This document shows positions 10,500 to 20,197 of a DNA stretch of 38,034 nucleotides, piece by piece. The translations under genes and the position numbers were made by a program. The DNA lies in contig JAEOTC010000062.1 in NCBI GenBank assembly GCA_016840035.1, forward strand, positions 1-38,034, given 5' to 3'. This stretch comes from Candidatus Hodarchaeota archaeon. GTDB lineage: Archaea; Asgardarchaeota; Heimdallarchaeia; Hodarchaeales; Hodarchaeaceae. The notes beneath the pieces were generated by a model. That model ran no database searches. It was not told the DNA's origin and saw only the letters and a list, made by a program, of their open reading frames with translations. Position 1 is the stretch's first letter. The number at the start of each line of letters is the position of its first letter.

Positions 10500-11987
10500 A
10501 TGACTAAATTTCTTCATTTCTTTGCCCCCTTAATCTCAAGGATACCTGAGGTTAACACCCCATCCAAAGAGCAATCTTTTGGTAAGAAACTCGGATTAAC
10601 TCTAGCTGTTTTCCTGATTTTTAATTTACTCACACTTCTTCCAGTGGTTTATGAGGATCGTGATCCATATAGATTTTTTCGGACTTTCACAAGTTTTCCT
10701 CAATTTAATCTAGCGGTACTAGGGGTTCTCTCGATGATACTTGCAGGATTGACTTTGCTTTCATTCCAAGGACTAAAAATAATCAATATCGAATGGAATA
10801 ATCAAGAAGATCGCTACCTCTACAATGGAACTCTAAAAGTTCTTAGTTTGATATTTACAGTTATCGGTGCCTTATTACTAATAATTACAGGATTTTTTGG
10901 TGAGTATCTCCTTCTTGGGGATATGGTTTCAATATTTATACAACTGGGATTTGCTGGAGTGCTAATTGTCTATCTTGATGAAACGCTTAAGAAAGGATGG
11001 GGCTTTGGCTCGGGTCTTTCTTTATTTATAGGAAGTGTTGCGCTTAGTGAGATTACAGCGGGATTATTCTCTGTCCAAAGGATAAATGAAGGATCACCTC
11101 GTACTATTTCATTTGAAGGACTTGTTCCTGCGTTCCTTAATTGGATCCATAAAGAAGGGTTGAATAATGCTTTTAATAAATTGTTTATAAGATATAGCAC
11201 AAATTCTCTTGATTATTTGAAGCTACCTAACCTTTCTATTCTTTCATTGCTTCTCACAGTTCTCGTTGCCAGTCTAGTGATTATTCTTGAATTTAAACGT
11301 CCAAAAATTACATTTCATAACGAAATCCAAAGAGAATCTTACCTAACGCCCTTAATTCCTCTTCTCTTAGTCACCTTTGTGCTTATGATAATTCGATTTG
11401 CCTTGCAATTTACAATTTCTGTTTTTGGAATAAGAGGAGGGGCTTTCATAGGGATGTATGAATTTGATCCTCATTCGGGAAGGTACATTCTAACAGGAGG
11501 CCTCCTCTCTTTTCTGCTTCCCCCTCATTCAGTGATCATAGACATTCTAAAAAATCCTCTGATGACCTTAATAAGAGTATTAACTTTTTCCTACGTTTTT
11601 CTCTTTACATTTATGAAAATCACAAATGTCATGTTTAAACAAATGGGTTTTAAATCCACTAATGAAAACACGGTCCTTCTCAAAACTCGCTGGACAATTA
11701 TTGCTGTTATCGCGGTTTGTGCGGAGATTTTCAACCCTTGGGGGATAGGATTTCTGATGGTTCCTTTAACACTAATTTTAATCGAGTATTATAGATTATT
11801 TGTTGAGAGCGAATCAGCTCTATTCGTAAATTTTGACATTAGTCTTGTGAGGCATAAGTACTCTCATACTTCCGATATCCCTTACATAAGAGGATTCCAT
11901 TTTTGGATCATGGTAGGTCTAATTAGTATAGGGATGTTCTTACTCCGCTTCGTCTTATTTACCTCTGAGATTCGGAGAACCTTTTAA
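10500..11987 (+). CDS. Divergent SecY/Sec61-alpha paralogue
   Basis: IPEVNTP..QSFGKKL, DPYRFFR, EDRYLYNG and YLDETLKKGWGFGSGLSLFI resemble archaeal SecY/Sec61-alpha. About 10-11 TM segments; the C-terminal half is strongly diverged. Confidence 0.8.
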   Translation: MTKFLHFFAPLISRIPEVNTPSKEQSFGKKLGLTLAVFLIFNLLTLLPVVYEDRDPYRFFRTFTSFPQFNLAVLGVLSMILAGLTLLSFQGLKIINIEWNNQEDRYLYNGTLKVLSLIFTVIGALLLIITGFFGEYLLLGDMVSIFIQLGFAGVLIVYLDETLKKGWGFGSGLSLFIGSVALSEITAGLFSVQRINEGSPRTISFEGLVPAFLNWIHKEGLNNAFNKLFIRYSTNSLDYLKLPNLSILSLLLTVLVASLVIILEFKRPKITFHNEIQRESYLTPLIPLLLVTFVLMIIRFALQFTISVFGIRGGAFIGMYEFDPHSGRYILTGGLLSFLLPPHSVIIDILKNPLMTLIRVLTFSYVFLFTFMKITNVMFKQMGFKSTNENTVLLKTRWTIIAVIAVCAEIFNPWGIGFLMVPLTLILIEYYRLFVESESALFVNFDISLVRHKYSHTSDIPYIRGFHFWIMVGLISIGMFLLRFVLFTSEIRRTF

Positions 11988-12134
11988 TTTCGTTCTAGAG
12001 GGAAAAAAGTATCCTCCAGTTCTTAAACTCCCTTTTTTTCCTATTTGCATTGAATATCGACACATTGTCGTTAGTAATATTCTTATACTTATTTCTCCCA
12101 AGTATGAGATAATCATTATTGTGGATGGTATGCA

Positions 12135-12473
12135 ATGAGAAAGCAATTGTTTGTTTTATTTAATTATAACAAAGGAATATTCACCCATATCCTACTAAAT
12201 GTATTAGATTTAGCAGAAAAAGGCTATCAAGTGGGTGTAATCTTCGAGAGTGAGGCCTGCAAATTCATTACAGACTTTGAAGATAAAGGATACGATAAGT
12301 TTGAACAACTAAAAGAAAAAAACCTAGTTTACGCAGTATGCGAGGTATGTGCCAAGTCCATGAAAGCCCTCGAAAGTGCTCAACGACAGGGATTGCCAAT
12401 AAATGGTAATTTGTCTGGTCATCCCCCATTACGAAATTGGATTAAGCTTGATTATGATGTGATGCTAATATAA
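12135..12473 (+). CDS. DsrE-family protein
   Basis: VIFESEA, AVCEVCA and LSGHP pattern of DsrE/F-like proteins. Confidence 0.7.
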   Translation: MRKQLFVLFNYNKGIFTHILLNVLDLAEKGYQVGVIFESEACKFITDFEDKGYDKFEQLKEKNLVYAVCEVCAKSMKALESAQRQGLPINGNLSGHPPLRNWIKLDYDVMLI

Positions 12474-12569
12474 TGAATTGAGGAATAAAATTGAGGTAAA
12501 AGAAACTGAATTAAATCAAAAAGATTCATCTTGCTATCACCTTACGAAGCATGTAATTGAACTTAAGAG

Positions 12570-13991
12570 ATGAAAGTTGTGACAGAATACGCTGATTTAG
12601 CAGATTTCGGGATGGAATACGCCCGTAACCAAGGGGCGGATTATTCGGAAGCCAGATTAATCGATGGGCAACGAGTTGCTTTTATTTTACAAAATGGTAA
12701 TTTAATATCTGGATCGGAACTCCCTTGGAAGGGAATCGGATTCAGAGTGCTGTGTAACGGTGGATTATCATTTGTTTCTGTAGATAATCTTACTAAGAAA
12801 GCTATTAAGAGTGCTATTAATTCTAGTGTGAAAATGGCAAAGAATTCGAACCCTAAGGAAAAGATTGATTTTGGTGAACCAGTCTCTAATGTAGCAAAAT
12901 GGGAAGTTCCTACAAAGGAGAATTTGAGGGATGTAACCAGCGAAACAATGATCAAAAAATTGCAGGAAATGGATCAAGTAGCCGAAGATGCGGGAATTAA
13001 TACCCGTGCTTGTATTTTTGAATCTCAAAGTCTAACAAAATATTTAGTCACATCTGAAGGAACAAAAATTGAGTCTGATCTATCCCTACTAAAACTCTAT
13101 GGAATTTTGACCGCTAAAGGTATTCTAGACTCCGAACAACGGTTTGTTGACCTCACTCGCAGCACAGGTTGGGAAGGAACGAAAACTTGGGTAGATGAAT
13201 ACGAGAATGAGTGTAAACGAATAGTCAAAGTTTCAGCTCAAGCAGATTATAAATTATCAGGAAAAGTCGATTTTGTTGTTGGGCCTGAAGTAGTGGGGAT
13301 TATTTGCCATGAAAACGCAGGACATCCCTCAGAAGGAGATAGAATCATGGGAAGAGAAGGTGCTCAAGCAGGAGAGTCATTTTGGCGGGATTTAACCCTT
13401 GGAGAATCACGTGTGGGATCAAACCACGTTACCATTCTTGAAGATCCAACTATTCCAGGTACGGGAGGATATTATCTATATGATGATGAAGGTGTTAAAG
13501 CTCGTGAACGTGTTCTCATTAAAGAAGGTATAATCACAGAACCTCTCTTGAATCGTGAATTCGGAGTTAAGTTTGGGATGGGTTCTAATGGATCCTCCCG
13601 ATCTTCAGATTTTAATCGTGAACCGATAATTCGAATGGCTAATACATACATGAAACCAGGTGATTTTCCCCTTGATGAATTAGTTGAAGATGTAAAACAC
13701 GGAATCTACATGCTCTCCTTCACTGAATGGAATATTGATGATCGAAGATATCAATCGAAATATGTAGGGTTTGAATGTTATGAAATCAAGGATGGAGAGA
13801 TTACTGACAAGATGGTCAGAAGGCCCGTAATGGAATTAACTTCTATTGGATTGTTTTCCTCCATTGATGGAGTTACTAAAGATCTCAAATTTGATTTCCC
13901 AGGAGTTTGTGGTAAATCAGACCCAGGACAAGGAGTTCCTGTTTATGCAGGTGGTGGATCGATTAGAATGCGAGGTATTAGACTAGGTTAA
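12570..13991 (+). CDS. tldD: TldD metalloprotease subunit
   Basis: HENAGHPSEGD (HExxxH), YDDEGV, RMANTYM and C-terminal CGK..GQGVPV..GG. Confidence 0.93.
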   Translation: MKVVTEYADLADFGMEYARNQGADYSEARLIDGQRVAFILQNGNLISGSELPWKGIGFRVLCNGGLSFVSVDNLTKKAIKSAINSSVKMAKNSNPKEKIDFGEPVSNVAKWEVPTKENLRDVTSETMIKKLQEMDQVAEDAGINTRACIFESQSLTKYLVTSEGTKIESDLSLLKLYGILTAKGILDSEQRFVDLTRSTGWEGTKTWVDEYENECKRIVKVSAQADYKLSGKVDFVVGPEVVGIICHENAGHPSEGDRIMGREGAQAGESFWRDLTLGESRVGSNHVTILEDPTIPGTGGYYLYDDEGVKARERVLIKEGIITEPLLNREFGVKFGMGSNGSSRSSDFNREPIIRMANTYMKPGDFPLDELVEDVKHGIYMLSFTEWNIDDRRYQSKYVGFECYEIKDGEITDKMVRRPVMELTSIGLFSSIDGVTKDLKFDFPGVCGKSDPGQGVPVYAGGGSIRMRGIRLG

Positions 13992-13992
13992 G

Positions 13993-15381
13993 GTGAAGAT
14001 TATGAATGATGACATAAAATCACTTCTAGATTATGCTATTTCAGTCGGTCAACAGAATAATGTTGATTTTATACTCGGTTTAGGTTCCCAGTCGGTCAAT
14101 AATCAGATTCGGTTCTCTCAAAATAAAATCGATATAAACAAACAATGGCAATCTGATCGGATAGAATTAATGGTTGTTGTAGAGGGCAATCAGGTTGCTA
14201 TTGGATCATTTTCACCTAGAGATGAGGAATATATCAAGGATCGTGTGGAAGCTCAGATAAAATTTGCTCACAATATGACTCCAAGTCCCTTCTTTCAAGG
14301 TTTAGAAACCATTCGACACGATGTTTCTCCCTTAACAGGTCATTATGACTCAAAAATTGATGAATACAAAGAAAAAGCTCCTCAAATGATAAATACTTGT
14401 ATAGATAAAGCTGTGAATTCAGGTGCAAAACGTGTTGCGGGATCTTTCCTGTTCGGAAAGAATTCTTATTATCTTTCTAGTTCCGCCGGCCCTTCTGGAA
14501 GTTTCAAAAATACGTTTTACAATCTCACGGTTCGAGCCTTTCAAGATGAGTTAGATGCTTCTGGTCAAGGTTTGGCTTGTGGACGTATCCCTAATGGCGC
14601 AGAGAAGAAACTGACTGAAGCAGCTGGGAAAGCAGGTCGTTTTTCTAAAATGCATAGCAATGCCAAACAAGCTGAAGCAGGAAAATATGATATCATTATG
14701 AGTCCTGCTGTTGCTGCTAATGTTATTGGCACTATTGTTTCTGATGCGAATCCACTAATGATAATGATGGGTCGTAGTTCTTTAGGTGATAAGATGGGTG
14801 AAAGACTTGCGCCTGATTTTGTCAATGTTGTAGATAATGGCTTACAACCAGGAGGTCTGGCAACATCTCCCTTTGATATCGAGGGAACTCCACGATCTAG
14901 CACGTCTATTTTCACCGAAGGGGTGTTAAAAAGTTTTATTCACAACACTACTACAGGAAACATGTTTCAAGCTGAAAGTACAGGAAATGGAGCATTCATT
15001 AACTTTGGAATGGGTAGTAAGATAATGGCTCCTACTCCCACAAACGTAGTTTTTAATAATGGAGATCATTCCTTTGATGAGCTCTTAGAGACATCACGAA
15101 AAACCATTTATGTTACATGCAATTGGTATACACGATTTACTAGCAAGATATCAACGGAATACAGTACTATCCCTCGTGATGCAGCATTCATTGTTGAAAA
15201 TGGAGAATTATCGACACCGATAAAGAATTTCAGAATTAGTGATAAAATCCTAAATCATTTTGCCAATATTGATGCAATGGGTAACGATCGTGTTCAAGTT
15301 CAGTGGTGGGAGGTACGTGTACCCACTTGGCTTCCGACAATGCGGATTAAAGACTGTCGTGTAACAACCGCAACTCAATAA
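13993..15381 (+). CDS. pmbA: TldE/PmbA subunit
   Basis: Directly follows tldD. RFSQNKI, PFDIEGTP, STGNG and IKNFRISD motifs; lacks HExxxH as expected. Confidence 0.88.
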   Translation: MKIMNDDIKSLLDYAISVGQQNNVDFILGLGSQSVNNQIRFSQNKIDINKQWQSDRIELMVVVEGNQVAIGSFSPRDEEYIKDRVEAQIKFAHNMTPSPFFQGLETIRHDVSPLTGHYDSKIDEYKEKAPQMINTCIDKAVNSGAKRVAGSFLFGKNSYYLSSSAGPSGSFKNTFYNLTVRAFQDELDASGQGLACGRIPNGAEKKLTEAAGKAGRFSKMHSNAKQAEAGKYDIIMSPAVAANVIGTIVSDANPLMIMMGRSSLGDKMGERLAPDFVNVVDNGLQPGGLATSPFDIEGTPRSSTSIFTEGVLKSFIHNTTTGNMFQAESTGNGAFINFGMGSKIMAPTPTNVVFNNGDHSFDELLETSRKTIYVTCNWYTRFTSKISTEYSTIPRDAAFIVENGELSTPIKNFRISDKILNHFANIDAMGNDRVQVQWWEVRVPTWLPTMRIKDCRVTTATQ

Positions 15382-15506
15382 TCACTTATTGAGTTTTTAC
15401 ATCTCTTTTTTCCTTTTTCTACCTTTTGGGAATTTTTTTTAATGTGAATGCACATTAAAACCACAAAGGATTTTCTACTACTCACACCTAATAATTTGGT
15501 GGAAAA

Positions 15507-15974
15507 ATGCCTGTATGTAAAAAATGTCGTAATTATGTCATGAGGTTTCCTTGTCCCCATTGTGGAAGCGATCTTTCCCTAACTGACCGAACAGAGCGTG
15601 ATATCCAACCAATCATACCCAAAGAATTACAAGGGAATTTTGAGGAACCACCTGCTCCCTCATACGTTGACGGAATCCCTGATCGTGACAGTATGGGACC
15701 TCCTCCGTCCAAAAAAGAGAAAAAACAGACTGAATCCCCAAGCTACTCTGCCCCTTCAGCATCAAGCTATTCTGGCTCTTCGAGTTCTCCTTCTCTGTCT
15801 GCAGATAGTGTATCAGACTCTTTTGTTCCAAATATGGACAATAGATTATCCATGATGGAAGCCACTATGAAATCCATACAGAATGAGCTTACAACATTAC
15901 TGAAGAGCCAAAAGGTTATAGAGAATATTCTAACAAGGATGAATTCTGAATTACTTAAATTGCGTAAAGAGTAA
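15507..15974 (+). CDS. Zinc-ribbon / Pro-Ser-rich linker / coiled-coil protein
   Basis: CKKC..CPHC at the N-terminus, a low-complexity centre, and a heptad-like C-terminus (RLSMMEATMKSIQNELTTL). Confidence 0.75.
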   Translation: MPVCKKCRNYVMRFPCPHCGSDLSLTDRTERDIQPIIPKELQGNFEEPPAPSYVDGIPDRDSMGPPPSKKEKKQTESPSYSAPSASSYSGSSSSPSLSADSVSDSFVPNMDNRLSMMEATMKSIQNELTTLLKSQKVIENILTRMNSELLKLRKE

Positions 15975-15978
15975 ATCT

Positions 15979-18594
15979 CTAAACTTGAAGGAAACTACTC
16001 ACAAGTAGTCCCTCTAGGAGCTGTTTTTCTTGATTATGGGGAGGTAAGCATTCTGCCACAGCTTGACAAAATGGTCCAAAGGTACTACTTATCGAATCCT
16101 CTGTTGAATCCAAAAGCTGAGTCAATGTTTTCTTGTCATTTGACTTCCAGGCAAGAATTGCTCTATGCATCAGATCAATCAAGTGAGAATTTTCCGTATG
16201 AAATTCTGTCCTCTGCAATGCTGACTTAATAGTTACTTTAGATCCTTCAATTTTAACAAAACCATCATCTTTCGAATAATGTTTTAAATCAATACCGTAA
16301 GCTTGGGCGAGGACTTGAACTTCTCCATATTCTACAGTTGACTCTCCATAAGTCCATCGGTAGGCAAGATAAAATTGCCCTGTTTCATCAATCTTTGCAC
16401 TTGGAGGAATATCAGTCAAAATTTGAAACAAAAAGCTAGTGGAGGTTTTTCTGATATGAGATAATTGCTCTGATATAGAGACTTTTTCTCCAGAATATTT
16501 CAAAATAGTCTTATACTGACTAAATATTTCCATACCTGGACCGATAGCTGAGATAAAAAAGTCCCCTCCACGAACACCATCAGACCAGAATCGCTTCAAC
16601 CGAGTTTTAATATTATTTTCAGCCTCAGCTGCGATTTTTCGAAAGTAGCCATCTGATTTTTGTCTTCCTTTCCGACATACCAGATAGATCGAGGAGGCTA
16701 ACGCAGCGGAGGTTCTCGCTCTTAGCCTAGTTTTCATCTCTGTGTTAATAGGCCACGAAGAAGTGATTGTAAATCCCGCATCTATAAGTGCACCCAGCAT
16801 AGTTTCCCAACCCTTTGTCGATTTATGTGCGTAAACGAATAGAGCAATTCCATCTGGGGAAAGAACTCGGTAGATTTCATTGAATGCCTTTGCAAGTTCA
16901 TTTTCAAAGAAAGCTTTTGGATTCTCTTGACGACCTTTATTAGCTACAATCTCCAGCGTCTTTGGAGTCAAGGGAGTCGAAAACAATTTAGGATGAATTT
17001 CTCCTATGGCTCGTTTAAACCAGACATAGAAAAAATCTGAGAGATCAGCGTAAGGAACATTATCATAATAGGGAGGATCAGTTATAACTGCATCAAAAAA
17101 ATTATCAGGGAAATCTAAATTGGTCGCGGAGGCTTGATTGATACTTGCTTTGGTGCTAGCTTTCCAAGAATTATTTTGTAAATATCGAATTACCCATTCA
17201 GTTTGTTTCGACCAATCACCGTTTGCTCCAGAAAATACATTTAATTCCACATAATCCCATGCCATGGGAAGGGCGGTACGACCGAAAACATGTTCAATTT
17301 TTTCCCCATAGGCATTGTAAAATACTAGATTCGAACATTTGTCAGCTAATCGTCCAAGTATTATAGTCAGATAGGTAATTATGATTTTACTCAAATTATC
17401 ATTATCTATTGTAGAATTGGGATTGGCTTTCTTTAACCATTGGTGAATAGAAGCAGAGCTGGACTTAATTTCTTTTAGAAAATATGCTAGGGCAAGTAAT
17501 TGCCTTTCATTAAACAAGTCTTTCCATTTTATGAGGCCATAATTCTGAACACTGAATCCCAGTGTCCCTATTGGTGGTAATAGCTCATCTGGAATATATT
17601 CTGAAAAATTATTGTCATTCACAATAGTATCCTGAAGAAAGGATCCTGCTGAGTTGTAAATATCAATATCATGAGTCGTTGCGGGACGATAGATTTTATT
17701 AGCTTTCGTTGGATGACGAAGGATTACAATTGTCATGAACTGGTTAATTTTGTCTTCTTTAGCGTACTCTCGAATTGTGTTTGAAGAGATAACTTGTTGA
17801 CAAAAAAGACAACGGGCATTTGCTCTAGAAATCGTCCCCTCTGAGGGATTAAAATCAATCTCATCATTTTCTTGGATAATAAATGAAAGTGGGTTATTTG
17901 AATCAGAAGTAATTACCGGTTTGTAGGCAATTCGACGTTTTTTTGTACGAGCTAACCAAAAATGTTTGATTAGAGGAATTTTATGTCCACAGTTTGGATT
18001 TGCACAAGGAACTGTCCGAGCCCACAAATAGCCAATCGGGATATTTCCATTCTCGTCAGGAGGATAAAATTTTCCCAATTTAATTTTCACTCGATTTTGG
18101 ATTTGTTCAGCCCAATAGGAGACGTAATCTGATAATTCAGACATTCCAAGATGTTGAGGCCATTCCAACGTTGCTTTAGAAATTAAAACAGCTACTGGGT
18201 TCAAATCGGATGCGTAAGTTTCACAGCCTAATCTGAGAGCTTCAAGGGGTATCGAACCTCCACCCGAAAAAGGATCTAAAACTTTTGGGGGAGATTTTTG
18301 CCATTGAGCTCTAATTTTTTCTCTTCCTCTGCTGATAATTGAACTATTTAGAACTTTTATTTCATTCCAAGGGGAAATATCAGAAATTAAGTCAAGTAAT
18401 TCTTCTCGCTCCGAATCTGATGTAGGTAATTCCAATAAGGATGCTAGAATGGTTGCTCTAGAACTAGCGAGAGGACGACGAGCCCACCAGAGGTGTAAAG
18501 TGCTTGGATGACCATGTCTTACACTTTTTTCATGTCTCGAAGCATTTGAAATCTCCAACAATGGAAGATTCCATTCAATCATTCGCCTATCCAA
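15979..18594 (-). CDS. DUF1156-containing adenine-specific DNA methyltransferase with Zn ribbon
   Basis: HPSTLHLWWARRPL, SAM motif DPFSGGGSIP, CANPNC and CLFC, catalytic TDPPYYD. Confidence 0.9.
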   Translation of the reverse strand: MDRRMIEWNLPLLEISNASRHEKSVRHGHPSTLHLWWARRPLASSRATILASLLELPTSDSEREELLDLISDISPWNEIKVLNSSIISRGREKIRAQWQKSPPKVLDPFSGGGSIPLEALRLGCETYASDLNPVAVLISKATLEWPQHLGMSELSDYVSYWAEQIQNRVKIKLGKFYPPDENGNIPIGYLWARTVPCANPNCGHKIPLIKHFWLARTKKRRIAYKPVITSDSNNPLSFIIQENDEIDFNPSEGTISRANARCLFCQQVISSNTIREYAKEDKINQFMTIVILRHPTKANKIYRPATTHDIDIYNSAGSFLQDTIVNDNNFSEYIPDELLPPIGTLGFSVQNYGLIKWKDLFNERQLLALAYFLKEIKSSSASIHQWLKKANPNSTIDNDNLSKIIITYLTIILGRLADKCSNLVFYNAYGEKIEHVFGRTALPMAWDYVELNVFSGANGDWSKQTEWVIRYLQNNSWKASTKASINQASATNLDFPDNFFDAVITDPPYYDNVPYADLSDFFYVWFKRAIGEIHPKLFSTPLTPKTLEIVANKGRQENPKAFFENELAKAFNEIYRVLSPDGIALFVYAHKSTKGWETMLGALIDAGFTITSSWPINTEMKTRLRARTSAALASSIYLVCRKGRQKSDGYFRKIAAEAENNIKTRLKRFWSDGVRGGDFFISAIGPGMEIFSQYKTILKYSGEKVSISEQLSHIRKTSTSFLFQILTDIPPSAKIDETGQFYLAYRWTYGESTVEYGEVQVLAQAYGIDLKHYSKDDGFVKIEGSKVTIKSALQRTEFHTENSHLIDLMHRAILAWKSNDKKTLTQLLDSTEDSISSTFGPFCQAVAECLPPHNQEKQLLEGLLVSSFLQV

Positions 18595-18770
18595 AAAATT
18601 CCCACTTGCAGACCAGTGCGTTAAAAACGACTAGATCTAAATTCATGGAACTTAAAAACATTCCTCGAAATCTCAGAAAAATAATTTTCGAAAAAAAGTC
18701 AGAATGGAGATGGTTTTTTTAGTTAAAATAAAAAGAGGAATTCCTCTAGAAAAAGGAGACATGAGGAAAA

Positions 18771-19376
18771 TTAATCGTCACAAGATCCTTCTGCGTCAGC
18801 AAGCCTAGCTGTTGAACCGGAGATCGCATCCGCCCTTGTAACTAGGGTACGAATTTCCTCGATTACTGTTTTTTCGATATCGACCTGTTCTTTGAGATAA
18901 GCTTTTCGGTATTGCTTTAAAAAGGCATCTTTGTTTTCTTCTTCCCAACCAAATTTCTTTCGATATTCAGAATAAAGAAGATACGCTTTCGTCGAACGTT
19001 CCACCCAACGGTCAAGATAATAGAAGTCTTCTGTAAATACTAAAACCTGGGGAACTTTTTCTCCATTATTTACTTTAGTTACCATGAAAGGAAGATGATC
19101 TTTATTCATGATTTTCATAGTAATGTTAGGACTATTCTCAGCAATATGAGCAATAATTGGAACATTCGTTTGAGAATCCCAACACCAGGTAGTTGCTAAT
19201 ACTAGTAGATTAATGGGATATTTTGTATCAATTCGAAAATCTTCTGGAACGTGTTTCTTCGCACTTTTATCGTAATAGTACTCGAGCCTTTTTCTGTGAT
19301 CTTCAGTAGCGTCTTTTAAGAAGTCATTGAAGGTCATTCCTTCACTGAAAAAGTTGTAAGTTATTCTATCAATCAA
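18771..19376 (-). CDS. Thioredoxin-family protein (single-Cys WCxD type)
   Basis: TWCWDS, cis-Pro motif KVPQV, WVERS. GGTGA RBS before a TTG start. Confidence 0.8.
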   Translation of the reverse strand: MIDRITYNFFSEGMTFNDFLKDATEDHRKRLEYYYDKSAKKHVPEDFRIDTKYPINLLVLATTWCWDSQTNVPIIAHIAENSPNITMKIMNKDHLPFMVTKVNNGEKVPQVLVFTEDFYYLDRWVERSTKAYLLYSEYRKKFGWEEENKDAFLKQYRKAYLKEQVDIEKTVIEEIRTLVTRADAISGSTARLADAEGSCDD

Positions 19377-19428
19377 GATTTTTCACCATATTTTGAAAAA
19401 AGAAGAAAAGGAAAGGAGTGTTAAAAAT

Positions 19429-20085
19429 TTACGCTAAAGCAGCCCTGACCTTTTCCATGACAACTTGAGGAGGAACACCACCAACAACGTCCCAAGAATC
19501 ATTAATTACGGTTTTTGGGACACCTTGTACCTGATACTTCATGGACAATTCTTGAAATTCTGTAGCTTCGACCATATCGGCAATAATATTCTCATTAAGC
19601 ATGGCTAGCTTGAACGCAGTAAGTACAGCTGTAGGACAATAAGGACAAGTTGGGGTTACAAATACCTGCAAGTGAAGAGGTTTATCTATAGCTTTAATTT
19701 CATCTACAAGTTCAGGATCTAGATCAGGTCCAGTTGTTTTTCCTGACATAATGATTGATTCAATCAAACTTCCAAATTCATACCCAGATGGAATACCATA
19801 AAATCGAATTAATCCTTTTCCCTGGCCTTCTACAACGATTGCAGGGTGTCTTTCGATCTTGTATTTTTGAGCTTTCTCACTAGATGTCTCACACTCACAA
19901 TGATCTAATATTACCTTGTCAGATTGAGAAGCAACCTGTTCTACAAGACTTAATGTTTCATTACATAATAAACAATGATCTTTTCGTGTAAACATATGAA
20001 GAGTAACGTCTGTTTCAATAGATTCAAACATACCTTTAATTTCATTCAGAATTTTATCTTCTATCTTAACTTTATGTTCAGACAT
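19429..20085 (-). CDS. Protein disulfide oxidoreductase (two thioredoxin folds, PDO/glutaredoxin-like)
   Basis: CLLC and CPYC active sites; FYGIPSGYEF; VQGVPKTVIN. Confidence 0.92.
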   Translation of the reverse strand: MSEHKVKIEDKILNEIKGMFESIETDVTLHMFTRKDHCLLCNETLSLVEQVASQSDKVILDHCECETSSEKAQKYKIERHPAIVVEGQGKGLIRFYGIPSGYEFGSLIESIIMSGKTTGPDLDPELVDEIKAIDKPLHLQVFVTPTCPYCPTAVLTAFKLAMLNENIIADMVEATEFQELSMKYQVQGVPKTVINDSWDVVGGVPPQVVMEKVRAALA

Positions 20086-20140
20086 GATGATTTCACCTTG
20101 ATTTCACTGTTTATTCGATTCTTTATAAATATTGTTATTG

Positions 20141-20170
20141 TTGAATATTCAAAACAACCTATATATAGGT
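20141..20170. promoter_or_regulatory. Two adjacent perfect palindromes, candidate ArsR operator
   Basis: ttgaatattcaa (20141-20152) and acctatatataggt (20157-20170), between the divergent PDO and ArsR genes. Confidence 0.5.
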
Positions 20171-20197
20171 ACCTGTATATTGTATCAGTGAAGGTAA

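Noticed and set aside
10500-11987. Housekeeping secY
   Set aside because: The conserved cytoplasmic loop and gate motifs are missing, and there is no ribosomal operon context.
12135-15381. RiPP biosynthetic cluster around tldD/E
   Set aside because: No precursor peptide, YcaO or radical-SAM gene nearby; TldD/E pairs are common in archaea.
19377-19390. In-frame TGA upstream of the thioredoxin as a selenocysteine codon
   Set aside because: The TGA is part of the GGTGA ribosome-binding site and is far from the active site.
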